From NCBI GenBank assembly GCA_048013815.1, contig CM106585.1:23622001-23686000 (forward strand): a stretch of 64,000 bases of DNA, read 5' to 3'. Positions 22,538-37,800 of this stretch are shown here, piece by piece (the first letter of the stretch is position 1; each line of letters begins with the position of its first letter). A program made the position numbers and the translations under genes. Below the pieces are notes generated by a model, which worked only from the letters and a program-made list of their open reading frames with translations, ran no database searches and was not told the origin of the DNA. Source of the stretch: Setoptus koraiensis (taxonomy: Eukaryota; Animalia; Arthropoda).

Positions 22538-25500
22538 CACACACGCACACACACACACACACACACGCATATACATGAATAGGTCATTATGAGCGAGCTA
22601 TCGAGTGAGCGAGTTAGATGGCAAGCGAGCGAGCGAGTTTGTGTGTGTGAGAGCGAGCGAGTGTTTGTGTGTGTGTGTGTTTGTGTGTGTGTGTCTGCGT
22701 GTGTGTGTGCCTGCCTGTCTGTATGTCTGTGTCTGTGCGTGTGTGTCTGTGTGTGTGGGTAATTGTATATGTGGCAAGCGAAGCAAGCTAACGGGACCGC
22801 TAGTCTGGACACACACACACATACATTTCTAGCTTGCCACTCACTGGCTGCTAGACCGTGCGCTTACTACACACACTCACACACACTCACACACACACAC
22901 ACATACAGAAAACAAGTGTGCCAAGCATTTTTCTGTCTGCTGTGCTGATAGAGCCTGCGTAACGTTCAACTATACTGTGTTCAGTTAGCTAGCTAGCCAG
23001 TTAACTCGCTAGCTAGCTCGCCAGCGGTGATGCTCATTTATGTTGGGATGATGCATAAGCACGAACGCACACACACACACACTCACACGAACAAAACTTG
23101 GGCAAGCTGGATATTTGTGAAGCTTGTAAATTATAAGTTGTGCCTCGTAAGCGCAACTCGTGTAATAACTTGCAATGCTAGCTTGAGCACAGTGGCGCCA
23201 AATCTAAATGATATTGAAAATAATGTTTGAAAAATATGGGCGCGTTAGCGGTAATGGTCGCATTAATTTTGTAGCAATGGCAACGCGTGCGTGTGTGTGT
23301 GTGTGTGTGTGTTTGTTGCGCTGTGCACAGAACTATAGAGCAAATTCGCCGACGAATAGTGAACACGCGACCTCTCTCTATTCTCTCAACTCAGGCAGCG
23401 CGTTGGTTGACCGTGGACGGGCGAACTTGAAAATCGAACTTTTTGTCATCGAACTTTTTGTCGGCGAACTTTTTGCCTGCGTACTGGTTGGTGTGCATGA
23501 CCAACTTAACTAAACTCAAACTTAAACAAATTCGATCCAGCGTGCTGACAACAAACCCTTTTCTCGTTTAATCACTTCTATTGTCGCACAATATTATGGC
23601 ACAATTTTCATTCAATATTCATTGTGATTATATAATTCATATTCATAATAATTGCTATGAATTATTATTACCATGAATTATTATTATTATTATTATGGAT
23701 AAATAGCTCAAATTGAGATTATTCCGTGCAAAGTATGTGGAGATAAATCGTCTGGCGTCCATTACGGCGTAATCACATGCGAAGGCTGTAAAGGATTCTT
23801 CCGTCGTAGCCAATCTAGCATTGTGAATTACCAATGTCCGCGCCAAAAGAATTGCATTGTAGATAGAGTAAATAGGAATAGATGCCAATATTGTCGTCTA
23901 CAAAAATGTATGGCCTTGGGAATGTCACGCGATGCAGTTAAATTTGGGCGAATGTCTAAGAAGCAGCGAGAAAAAGTGGAAGATGAGGTCAGATATCATA
24001 GATTGCATCACAACAGTGCCACATCACCTGTGCCCAACAATAATCAACAGCAACAGTTAGCGACAACAAATCAACAACAACATCAGCAATCTAATAATAG
24101 TAATAATAATAGCAACAATAATAACAACAACAACAACGATAACAATATTAGTAATAATAATAATAACAATAGCAGTAGTAGTAATAATAATAATCAAAAT
24201 AATCTTATTGGCGGTATAGTAAATAGTAATCAAATAAATGCCGGTGGCCAGTATAATAACAGCAATGGTCAAGATCAAAATCAACAGCATCACCTTGCAT
24301 TAGGGCCAACAACAATATTGGTGGGCACAAATGGTCAGCATCAACTCATTGCAACCAATCAAAATAATAATGGAACCGGAGCTGGCAATAACAATAATCA
24401 ACAGCAATTAATGAGATCAACTGCAACAACAACCACCGTGATGACCACTCAACAGTTAACTGCCTCCTTAGCAGCCGCCGCAGCGTCTATAGCCAATTCA
24501 TCTTCTGCTGGTCAATCGCCTACAACTGCCACCATGATCATGGCCTCAGGAAATCAACAGCAGCATCTATTACAACAGCAGCAGCAGCAACAACAGCAAC
24601 AACAACAACAGCAAAATCATATTCAACTTCAACAGCAACAACAGATGATTCAACAACAACAGCACCAAGTGCAACAACAGGATTTATTTAATCCCAGATC
24701 AACAACAAATTCTTCAAACAACAACACAGCCACGTTGTCAGGCACAACCACTACTATTACATTGGGTGGTCTAACTATACAAACTGGACAACAACAACAA
24801 CAACAACAACAGCTACATCAACAACAACAACAGCAAGTGCAACAAGATCAACAGCAATTGAATGGGGCCGTCACAATTATTGTTCCGGCCAACACGCAAA
24901 TCTCACAATCGTCCACGACAAACAATACCTCCACCAATAATGACAACAATAACAACCAAATAGATACTAAGGTCGCTATTGCCACCTCATCATCGTCGTG
25001 TCCATCTTCCACAACATCAACATCGACAATAGCAACATCATCTTCCACCAACGATCAGCATCATCTCTCTCCAGATTCGTCCGTTTTTGATCATCAACAT
25101 CAAACAACAATGCAATTATCATCTAATAGTTCCGTTCAACAACAACAGCATCAATTGTATTCGTCTTCTGGCTCGTCATCATTAGGAACATTGGCATTGA
25201 CCACAAGCATTGCCAACAACGGCAACAACAATAATGTAGTAAATAACACAACAACTACTCAATCAGACAATAACCAACCCTCTTACTTATCATCACCTTA
25301 TAGCGATTTAGGTGGCTATAATACACCCACCGGTCAGAGCAGTAACGGGCGCAACGGAAGTACCTACTACTCATATACACCCACTGGTCAGCATAGTGCG
25401 ACTGGTAGCGCTGGTTCGCTAAGCTTTGATTTAGTAGGTTCCCCTACTGAATTTGCTGTTGATTCAACAACGTTTGATTCGGCGACATTACTTCAGCATC

Positions 25501-25781
25501 ATACTAGCCATTTACAGCACAATAGTCACCTTCATAGTAATCATCATCTTCACAATCATCACCACCACCATAATCACCTACAAAGATCAAGCTTAGATAG
25601 TTTACCAGATACCAATGGATGCCTCCTATCTACAACAACACCCACTCCAACCCCAACACCGACAACCACCTCGACGCCCTCATCTTGTTCACCTAATAAT
25701 AGCTTGAAACAGGTGAATCATCAAAATCATATAGTAGTTGGTACACATCAGGTACTTAACCAACAGCAGCATCTCCAACAA

Positions 25782-25812
<31 letters not shown>

Positions 25813-28800
25813 TTAACCATCTCCAACACCAACAAATGAATCTAAATCAACAACAGCAGCAGCAACAATTGCAATTACAACAAGGAACTAGCTCAAATCA
25901 ACCAAATAATTTCCAACAACAACAGCAACAACAATTGAATCATCAACAACAGCAGATTCAATTGTTGAATGTCAACAATCAGCTATCGTTGACATTTAAT
26001 CAAAATTCACATTTGGAGCTATTAGCCAAGACAGTTGCTGACGCCCATTCCAGAACATGTATACTAACTAGTGAACAGATTGTTGAAATTACATCTCAAA
26101 AACGCCAACAACAACAATTAATGTCAAACAACACTAATAGTTCAGCTAACAGCAATAATTCAGCGACACAAACTCATCAATCGCAACGGCAATTGTATCT
26201 GAGATCATTAAGTTACGAGGATTTATGGCTAGAGTGCGCCAAAAGACTGACTAATGTTATACAACAAATAATTGAATTCGCCAAGATGGTACCAGGATTC
26301 ATGAAATTATCTCAAGATGATCAGATTGTATTGTTGAAAGCAGGAAGTTTTGAATTATGTTGCCTCCGAATATCCCGTTACTATGATTTACAAACAAACC
26401 AGCTACTCTTTGGAAATGGCCTCATACCAATGGACGTGTTTCTCCGATCAGGTAAGCAAGATGACACCATAGAGAGATGAGAATGTTCGATTGATAGGAA
26501 CGATGTGTGCACCCAAACAATATAATATTAGCTTGTACTGCTGTGGTAGTAATTAATTTCAATAATTGTGTTGAAATTCCATTAGCAATACTGCTATTGA
26601 ATATGATGGATAAAACAAAAAAAGCCTCTCGTCGATAGAAAACCCTGCATCCATTAGGCGGTATGTGAAGTTGCTAATGGCACTAGTTGCATAATTTTTC
26701 AATTCAATGTCCAGTGTACAGAGATGATGATGGGACACTTTGTGCTGACTTGCTGTGTTAGCAGTAATATTGCATTAGCAGCAGGTAGATACGATCTACT
26801 ACCGAATCACATTATGTGTGCCATGAATTACTGCAACAGTTGATGACGAAGAAATTTTTATCGCCAACCCAACGGCCGGGCAGAAACTGTTTTTTGTTTC
26901 TCTAATATATATATATAAGTAAATGTATACATATAGATATATATATATATATATATGGATAAATTTATACAATGATCGCTGCCAGATGAGATCGATATTG
27001 ATATGAGTGTTAGTATCAGTCAAGCGTTTGTTGGCGTTATACAAAAATTGATCATTGCAACTGATAAATTGTTTATAAAATCATTGCAACGATGATTATC
27101 ACTATAATTATTGCTCATCCAAATTCAGACTCTACAAGTGGTAGACACACGATAGTTAAAGAACTACCATGTAAGCGACAACAGTACTTATTTGAGAATC
27201 GCTGATTCATTACCTGGGATAGACATAAGTTACGTAATGGTTATGTCCGCTTTTAAAAAAGCGCCACAAGAGAGAAGAGATGTGTCCATGCTTGATTCTT
27301 TTAATGGCCGAAAATTTTATCTCATTACCCTTGTGTGTGTTGGCCAATCGCATAAAATCTCAGTGAATGTGGTTTACGATTGATTCAGTGTGATGGTACT
27401 GTGTTGTGATTAAATGTAAATGTATGCAAGATTCTTCTCCTAATGATCAATTACTTGTTGCTTACATGCGATAGAATATCTCACTAGTGAGTGAGGCATG
27501 GCTGTGTTGTTGCACTTCCCGCTCTCATCTTAGTATAGCATAAATTTGTGTTATGTAAGTTTTTTTTTCTTCATAGAAATGTTAGATTGCAGCCAACGAC
27601 AAGTCAACCAGCACAGTATGTGTCTAGTGTGGAGAAGCACAGCTTCCTCTGATGAAAAACCGTTCAAATTATTGGACCATACAGCTTACCTAAGTATAAA
27701 CCATACTGTTAGTGTAGCACACAGCTAAGTTGCGTTTGGTGACAAATAATTCTTAATAGACTTTGTCTATACAAGAAGGCATCACACAGACAGCATCTTC
27801 TTTCAGCATCAGCAAGTTGATACCTATCGCAGATAAGAGCAACTTGTGAGTGTATTACGTAATCTGAAAGCAAAATGTCTAGGCCAAGGTCAGTCGATTT
27901 ACCGAACCAACTAGCTTCAACTAGAAACAACATTAGTAGGTATAGTTTAGATTCTAAATTAAGTTACTAGCATAGCTACTTTAATTATAGTGATTATTCT
28001 TATATATCAATGAAGCCAAATGAAAACAAATTCGAGAAGGAACAACCAAAGAACTGCTATTGAGACAGAACAGATAAGGAACAAACCACCGCTAACTACC
28101 GATTGTTTTGTTGTTTTCATCATAAAATGACAACTAAATTCATTTTGCTGCTAAAGTGCATGTTCAATGCTATACGACAAGCCATAAATGTGTTTAGCAT
28201 TGATGTGAGTGTCACCGCATAAGACATTGCCATGCTACTCATGGTAGCAAGACTGCACCTGAATGTATACGACTAGAATTTGTATGGTCAACGTGAGCAA
28301 TGAAGTTTGCTGCATCTCGGCATCAGACGTCAAGATCGCCATTGATTTTGAGTCTATTTTAACGAGATACGAGAGCTGAGGCTTGTCGTATCGTCAAGGT
28401 AGCCGATGGTAGTGGCGGACTAGCAAATAGAAAGACAGTTATATTCATCACAATTGTCCGTCGCACACACACACATCTAATTGGGAATCTGTTCTCTCCA
28501 TCACAGATACACCATATATTATTAAATCATTGTTGTTGTTTCGACTGCTGTGAGCCGTTTTCTAGACACAGATAAGCATATACGACTAGCCCATCTATCT
28601 TTCTACCACTATTTATCATCTCTTTTAGTTGCTTCCGGCGTCACTATGTATGATTTCAGCAGTTGATTCCAGTTTGTTCCGTTGCTCTCTCACGCTCCCT
28701 GAAGAGTTGCTGCATGAGAGAATAGCTACAAGAACTGCCAGCAGAGAACCGCTGAGAGAAAAAGAATTGCAGATAGAGATTGTGTTATGCCTTTCAAACT

Positions 28801-31800
28801 GAGGAAATGAGTGAATGAGTTGTTCTTTAGCGACTCAAATGTTAGACTTGCTCACTGTTGTTTGGCTCAATTGATTTATTCTCTTATTCTGCTTCGTCGT
28901 GTGTGCAAATAAAGGACTAAAATAATCAAGTTTGAGCTTCTTCTTTTGTTTGCACGTCTCTTTCTCTTGGCCAGCTAGCCGGCTAGCCGACTATGACTTA
29001 TGCAGACAGAGCAGCAGGCATTTTTATAAGCGTCCGAATAGCACCACCACCACCTTTTTACCTTATCTATATGGATACTATTATTGCAGATCGATGTAAT
29101 TTTTGGTCATTTTGGTATAAACTGGCCTCACCGGCTCTAACCACAGCCCCATGTCGTTGTTGTTGCTGTTGCTGTTGCTATTGTTGGCATCTAGACGTTA
29201 CTCTTTCACCTGTTGTGCGTCCCGTTCGAATACACATCAATATGTGTTCGAAGCATCACACAGTTGTTGAGTCAAGCCAAGTTATCGTGTTGTAGGATAG
29301 GATCGAAAGAGTCGACTAGCAGTGATGGTGTTTGTGCCATACAATGCTATTTCTGCTATTATTTAATGTTTGCCTCTCGCATCGTTTGGTGTCTCCTTCT
29401 GCTCACATTGTTACGTGAGGTGGTAGTAGCAGCAGCAGCGGCAATGGCAGAGTGAGTCGGAAAGAGCTTACCAAAACATCGTACTGATGCGACTACAAAC
29501 AGACCAGTGTCTCTCGCTGTGTGTGTCTATTGTCCATTGTAATACTCATTGCTAATTGCCTACTCCTCTTTGCCTCTTCCTTCTATTTCTTCGTCTTGAA
29601 TTGTTGTTCTGCTAACTCTGTCATTACTTCGGCGTTGCCTGTCTGTTGCCAAATCTGGTAGTGGTTGTTTAGTGCTAGCATCCCACGTATCCACACACGT
29701 AACTAAACAGCAACAGCAAGTAACTGTCTCTCGCTCAACTATTCTCCATTGAACAATATGTGTTCCTGTGTGTTTATAATGTTGCGCACCAAACACAAAG
29801 ATTTAGTCAAGTTGTATAGTTGTGTGGCGTTGCTATTACACATGACGTAATAGCAATAGTGGACGAACACCTTCATGCACAGCATATGCCACGTCAGCAT
29901 CAAATGCAATGTGTTGCACAATAACGTAAAGCGCACGGTGTACAGTTTAGGGATAATGCCGTTGCTGTTAGGCAATGTCCAACGATGGCGCGCCTTTACG
30001 CTCTTCACCTCTACTCTTTATGTTGTGTTCGATCAATCTTTCTCCCACTAACACTGCCAATGGCTCTACTAATGCACTATTGCACAAGAGAGGGCAGTTA
30101 TGAAAATGGCAATCTGTTGGGCACCGATACTGGACTGGATGTGCGATGCACAAGCCACGCAACAGTTATTGTGTTTAACCTTTTGACAGAGCATTGATTT
30201 TTATCGGCGTAGTGATCGCCAGCCGTGCAACATCCTCGCACAGGTAAATTGTTTTTCCTCTACGAGTATCATGTTATTAGATTTAGTTGAAAGCGCGCGC
30301 TTTATTCACGCATCTATTTATCAAATATTCTTCTTCTTCCTCTTGAAGGGCGACGCTTCAGCAGAGAAACTGTCAACCTACAGCAATGGTTGTTTGTTGT
30401 TGAGCAAACACGATGATCATGTATTGCTCGAGAAACGGTCTGTCCATTGGTTTGCCCAACGGATTTGCTCATTATGCATTTTACGTTTTGTCATTTTGTT
30501 ACGTTTACCGTGTGTTGTCGTTGTCTGTGTTGTATGAGCACGTTTGTGTTAGGTGGCATTTGCGTTTTGTTGCGCGTTTCATTCGCGATCACACTCGTGA
30601 CACCCCCTTTCTGCCTGACAGAGGATGCCAGGTAATCGCACACCCAAAGCAAGATGATGCCGGTTGAACGGCGGGCCAGCATGTGCGCTCCCACCCTCTG
30701 GTCAACAGAATGTTCACACGCGCGGGCGCATCTCTGCCACTAGTTGCTTGCAACTGTCGTGATTGTCGTTGCAGTTGCAATCATTCTAACGGGCACCCGG
30801 TTACGTTGATGTTACCTAAACTCAAGAGCGGCCGTTAGTTTGGGCGAGCGATCGGCAACGGCATCGACAGGAACCTCGGATGTGAGCGAGGGAGCCACCG
30901 ACACCAAAGAAGTAGCAAGGAACTAGGAACAATGCAGTGGCAATAGTTGTGCCAACGGCAGAAGGTGGCCGCACCTCCCCCTCGTTCTATCTCTTTGCTC
31001 GTGCGACGTCGCAAGCGATAACTCAAAAGGAATAGCGAACGTTCATTCATATGCATAACAGCAACAGCTAACGGTGCACGAGCATACACTGACGTTCACC
31101 GAGTGACAATGTTGTTGATGCACCAATGCGCCCTGCCAATATGCCACATCATGTGTGCGTGTGTGTGCACCAGTTTACGTGGCCGGTTTCCCCCACAACA
31201 AAACTCCCACGATCTTCTTCTTCGACACACACATGCACAGGTAACGCGAGCACCAAGAAAGATGCTGCTGCCGTGCAACAGTTGTTGTTACTTCATTCAT
31301 CGATTGCTTGAAAATGAAAGCACGATGCACACTGTGCAATGCACAGTGTGCATCGTACGTGGCAAACGCGAACTGGTGCAACTGGCTGTCAATGAATCCC
31401 ACGCGATTATTGCTATTATTATTATGTGATTTATTATACATTATCATACGGCATCGCTGTTACTGGCGCTATGTGGGCACCAGGGCGACACAGAGACGTT
31501 TCCTTCTTCTGTGTGCGTGTATCGCTATGTGCCGTAACAATGGCGTAAATGGCGCACTGTGTGTGTTGTGCAAATCGATCGATGTGGTGCACACTGTATC
31601 GATGGTGCAACATGACAAGAGAGAAAGAATTACGGTAAATATTAACAGCAACAGGATACAGCAAATCTTTTAAGCGAATGTTTGAAAATTAATTCAATGC
31701 AACAGCGACACTCGCCGTTGCCCGATGCCGATAGCATAACATTGCGTGTGTGTGTGTGTGTGCGTGGACGTATTGGCGGTTGCACAATCATGAGAAAGAG

Positions 31801-34800
31801 GAAGTGGAGGACGGCCGCCAACTCAACAAGCACAATCACAGTGAGCAAGCAACAACGGACAACCTGACTGTTATTGTTTGACTGTGTCGTTGCCTGTCAT
31901 CTTCTCCAATCGATGCAAATACTCGTCGAGCGCACACACATACTCAATAGATGCCTCATCATGGGCATCAATTGAAAATTCTCGCGACAATTCCTCACCG
32001 TTGGCCATGCTGCCGCCACCGCTGAGGCCAGGTGAGCAGCTGATGAGACTGCCGACGTGTAGCTACACTCGAATGATACATCTCATCGATTGTGTCTGTC
32101 TCACGGCCAGATCAGCAGCGTTGCATCGGCGAAACAAGCGTGATGATGGTGATTACAGCGAAACACCATTGGCTATTATCGGCCAGACTCAAGTTGGTCG
32201 CTTTGTAGTGGCATGGCGATTCCGTTTGCCCTTGCCCAGTTGCCAGTTGTTGCCGCTGTTGTTGGCGTTGCTGTTGTTGCCGTACAGTTATATGAGCTGT
32301 TGCGTATAATCCGTTGTATAAGCAGCAGTTGCCGCCTTTTGTACACTTGATTGCGGTGCACCTCCAATGGAGGAGACAGGTGAAGCAATATAGTGAGAGA
32401 GAGAGAGAGGCTTGTGAAAATAAAAACAGTTATATTCAAGTTCTTGTTATTTTTGTTTGTTGGCAGCACAACTGGCCGGCTGATCTTTTCAAGTTCAGCC
32501 AGGCAGTTACTAGTGGTATTGGTGAGCTTGTTGTTGCTAAAACGAAGAAGAAAAAAGCAGAATAATAATGAATGAGCTAGGAAATGGTAGAGCAGACACG
32601 CCAGAGTAATTCCGTTGATGCTATTAGTGGCCCATAGCGTCGATTGTTGTTGTAGTTGTTTCTCAGCTTGTTGGTCGCATCAGCTTGTTGTTGTTATACG
32701 GCTTACAGCGGTAGAGTTAGTCGTAGCCAGACTAAATGGTCTGCAACTGCAAACTTGACCATAATACCGATGGAGAGTACCTGTTGCTGTCGCACACACA
32801 CACTCATGGATGCCCATATGAGCTTCCACTCATGCAGCATCTGGCCATTAATTTGGCTGGCGGGCTGTCAGGCTGGCCAAATGGCAATGGAGTCTCTTTT
32901 TCGAACCCTTACGTAACAATAACAACAGCGGCAGCAACAACAACAACAACAACAACAACAACATCAACAGTACATAACAACGGCGTAACAGCGGTTCTGA
33001 CAATGTTATCGCTAGTGTGCCAAGTTTGAATTCAATCATTCAATTCAAGCCTCACTCATGTGTAGTTATATAACGTAACTACACATGTATATAACTATAG
33101 CTGCATGTATGCAGTAATAGCAACGCCAGCACTAATAATAATAACGATAAAAACTACCACCATCCACTAAACCGCTTCTATTTGAGCCAATCCGATCCTG
33201 TCCGATAATAAACCAAGCAGCAGTTATGAGAGAGAGAAAAAACCTGTATTTCCACTTGCTTCCGTTGGAAGTACACGCAACGCACTCACCTGTCGTTTTT
33301 ATTTGTCGGCTCGGCTTCTCTCGATTTGTACCGCTGCTCGACTGTTGTTACCGCTAAGTGTGCGTCTATTGAATGTTCTTCCAACGTCAGCTTGCTGTCC
33401 AACGTCGCTCGCTCGGCAATGGCTCATAATTTTCAGCTTCAGTGGTGGTGGTACTAGTAGTGTTAGCTTGCCATGAGTCGCAACAGATAGAATCGCTAGG
33501 CGAGACTATCATGGCAAGACAACTCACGACAGTGGCCATGATGGCGATGATCATCGGGCAAACTACCATCATCATCCATCTATCGACTACCATCACTATT
33601 TTGAACATCCACTGCCATTTATATATATATATATATATATATTCACACACGCGATGCGACGCAACGCATAACGCTACACACAACAACTCAGCAACGCAGT
33701 GTAACGCGACTCACCGTAAGCATTATTATGTAATACACTAACGTTATGTTAGTGTATCACTGTACACTGTATAATATTATTATATTGCATAACATTAGTT
33801 CGTTGTTGCGTCTATGTATGTGTGTGTGTGTGTTTGTATGTGTGTGCTTGTAGCCAGCGGTAGTTACGCTGACGACCACGACGGTATTGATGACGGTGAT
33901 GATGATGGTGATGATGATGATGATGAGGTAATGTCTGGAAGTGGAGAGAGGCATGACTTGAAGACATAACATTTAGCTTCGTCCAGTTTGAATCATTGGC
34001 GTTAGTTTGCGCCGAAAGATAACGGGTGATGAGACGCCCGCCAGCCAGCCAGCCAGCCGGTCTCTGTTACCTTGCAACTATAGCAAACTAGTAAGCCATG
34101 TACAGTGTACGCCATGAAGAATTGCGTAATCTCCGTTGAGCAATGATGATTATTATTATAAAATAAAATGGATGGCATAAACTTGAATTGCAGGCGTCTA
34201 TTTTAGATTATATGTGGCGATTATATTATATCATTATATATCGCTGACCATCAAGCTCTCTTTTTCGTCTGTCTCGTTGAGTTGTTGCGTCGAGTCTTTT
34301 CATTACCATTCCAGAGAACACAGGCAACATTTCCCATCGGCTAAAACGTCGGCTGAAATGTCCAGCCTAAGCCCGGTCGTGTCAACTGTTGACTGGTACA
34401 CAAGCGCACACTTACACACCAATAGATGGACAAAAGTTGCCTGACCACTTGTTGGCAACTTGTGTGACGTAACTCCTACCTGCAGCTCACAGATCAACGT
34501 TGCCAGAGATTAGCCTTGTGAGCGCCTAAGCGCTTCATGCAAGATCTCATGTAAGATGTTGCACAAGGGCGAGTTTCAGCGCCACAATCAGCTTTTGCAG
34601 CAGCAGCCGCCTCTTTGTGGCCATAGTGGTCGGGCCAATCTGATGATATTGTCACTATGGTGACGATGATGATTCGCAAAAAAGAGCCTAAGCTAGCTAT
34701 GGCCGCCAGCATGAAACTCTAAATGCAGGCTACCCAAGAGTGCTTCTACATGTGTATGTATATATATGTGCAGCTCTATATATATATAAATACGTATATG

Positions 34801-37800
34801 TATAAGCTGTGTTTGGCTGGCAATATCAGCAGCCGTTATTGATAAGCCACCGACGCCGCTATAAAAGTAGAAGCCACTTTTAGAGTTTTGCTGGCCAACT
34901 TAAAGTCAAAAAGAAACTACTACCCTGTTACTACAAATGTGGCGCTACTTTAACTGATTGTTGCATAATCAACCATCAACTTATTATAACCTTCCACTAA
35001 AACTGCTGCTACAGCTACCACTACTATGTGACGTTCAGCCTGTCTAGCCAGCTAGACAGCCAGCCATTTAGCTAGCTTGATGCGGCAAACTAATATGCGA
35101 GCGCCGGATGAAAGCAACGGCAACGGCAAGAGCAACAGTTTTGCTTCAAACATCTATGCCGACAATAAAAATAAAATCTGCCGACGTTGTTGCTGTTGTC
35201 AGCTTTTTCCAACGGTCGCCGGCAACAGTTGTCTGGCAACAATAACTGCTTAGATACTCAGGAACATTCGGCTGACAAACATCGGTGAAATTAACTATGA
35301 CACACACACAGGCAATAACAACGCACAGCCAATTGCTAGGCGATGGCGATAAAATTCGTCCGTTCGGCCTGGACGTCATAGGCATCGGCATCGTTATTGG
35401 TGGTGTTATCGCTTATAAACAAATATGGTGATTTTACCGTTGTTGTGAAGCTATTCCAACGACAAGCTCGGACAAACGGTTATCGCTACCTTTTGCACAA
35501 TAAGGTTGCCTCCTCCGATATATAGGGGCCAATAATAGTCACTAAAAATACCTTCACAACAACCCGTTGAAACAAACCGTTCAGGAATTGGCAATTGTGT
35601 GCAGGATTGCAAATTCGTTTGAGTTGTGACGCAGATGATGGCGCTAATGATAGTTCGCCATCAACCTGCAACAATAAATAGGCAACAGTTTACAATCAAC
35701 GAGTCCGGGTCGGAAGGGATTTAAATGCACATCGTTTGTAAAGGCGAGTTCCGTTTTCAGCAAAAAACACCTCTCTATACATTGTGGGACATCGACGTAT
35801 GAATGGCCATTTCGACACTTGGCGAGCACAACTGACCGAATAATAATGATCGTCTTGCCGATCGATAAAATGGCAAAGAAAAGAATTACCACAATATCAA
35901 TCAGTATCATTTGCGCGCGTATATCGATGCGAATGGGGTCTGGCAACGTCAGTCAGCCAGTCAGTCAGTCAGCCAGTCAGTCAGCCAGTCAGCCATCCAG
36001 CCAGACAGACAGTCCAGACAGACAGGTAGACAGATGGACACCATCAATATGATCGTGATAATCAACTTTGCACATGGCCAGTTGCATAAAGGTTTCTTTT
36101 GTTGATTGTTCAACTTGCATAATGGCGTGATGTTTGTATACGTAATGCAGTGTTTATTGCACATATGGCACAGTCATCAGTAGGCCCAAGGAAATGATGG
36201 AGGGAGAGAGAGAGAGAGAGAGATCTGCTTTTGGTATTGTCGACATAAGAGACCGGTGCCTGAAAACTGCACACCGTCGTCGATAAATGCCAATCGATCG
36301 CTTGGTATCTCATACTGTGGCTAATTGTTGTGGCAATGGAGGCGCAGTGTGGCATAACCACAAATAAACAACAAGCAGTCGGTTATTGTTGTTGTTGCGT
36401 AACAGTAATTGTTTCCAGCGGTGATTGTGTTCCGTCGGCGGTAATGATATCGCTGACTGTCTGGCTGTGAGGCTGGCTAGCCAACGACGACCGTGATATA
36501 CAATAATGATAATGACAATAATACTGCGGCTGGCCATAAAACACCGCTAGCCATTCTAGTGGTTTGTGGTGGTGGTGGTGGCGGCGGCGGCTTACCCATT
36601 AAACTTGACTCGATCACCACCTCCGTCACTCTCTGTATTCCTGGTCTTGTTGTCAATGTTGCTGACTCGTCGTCGATTGACAACAATTAGAACATCCCCT
36701 GCTAGTTGTTGTTGTTCTCGAATGTCACCTAACGGCGTTGTGTGTTGACAAACATTGTCTATACAGTCTGGATGATGGTGTGTGTGTGTGTGTTTACAGT
36801 ATACAACACATTGTAGCATTGTAACAATGTAGTGGTAATGGTGCACATGACTCTCATTTCTCAAGACGCTACTCGGAAATAACGGTACACACACAACATT
36901 TGGTGATGTAACAACAGACAAACAGATAGACAGACAGGCGGGCAGGCAGAGAGTTGATTAGATAAGTTCACTTGTCGCTTTATTAGTCGTCGTCTAGGTT
37001 CTCCAAGAAGAGAGTGGCTTCCTTGTGCCAAATGTTATTGCTCGCAGCATCAGACATCATTATGATGCTCTAAATAACAATTGCATCACAACAAGCGCCA
37101 CGACGAAGCTAGACACTTCTTGGCGCAAAGGGTTTTTCACTAGACGCGCTCAGTCATTAGTGGGTAAGTTTAGTTTTGTTGTGGGTTTGTTAACTTGCTT
37201 GCCAGTTGCCAGAAGCAAACAGAGTGGTAATGGCACTGATGATATACTTGAAATATAGTTATAAACGTGATGATGATGATGATATTGCACTATACGAAAC
37301 GTTACATAATCCAACCTAACGTAACGTGAATTTTAAAAATACGCACACACACACAAGATTATCTAACAGCGGTGACATAAGCAATGGAGAAGAAATTTCA
37401 GGGGGAACTTTTGTGTGGTGGCGCATAGACATGAAACAGTTTTAACACAGAGTACAGAGATACAATTATTGCATGTATGTGTATAAATGTGCGCTTTTAA
37501 GGCCCTTAAACTCAATGTGTGAGTTTATAGATATGAATGAGATGAGATAAAATTAAGCTGATAGAGCTGAATGACGATGGTACTAACACAAGTGAGAGAA
37601 GTCAAAAGTCAGATCACATGCCTCGTGTGAGCCTCATGCCGCTCGCTCGCCAGCCACCCAAGCTCAAATGAAATGTCGACAACATTTCATAATTTTCTAT
37701 CATACAGTTGTGGAGCATTCTATATCCACCAGCAAGCCAGCCAGCCAGCCAGCCAACAATTGAGCAAGCCATTAGCAACGATGGCAATAACAACAACAAC

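Noticed and set aside
26676-26698. AATGGCACT seed-like match to the miR-263/96 family
   Set aside because: No complementary arm or hairpin, and the mature sequence does not match.
27884-27892. CCAAGGTCA (FTZ-F1-type site) in the HR3 intron
   Set aside because: A single degenerate 9-mer is expected by chance in 64 kb.
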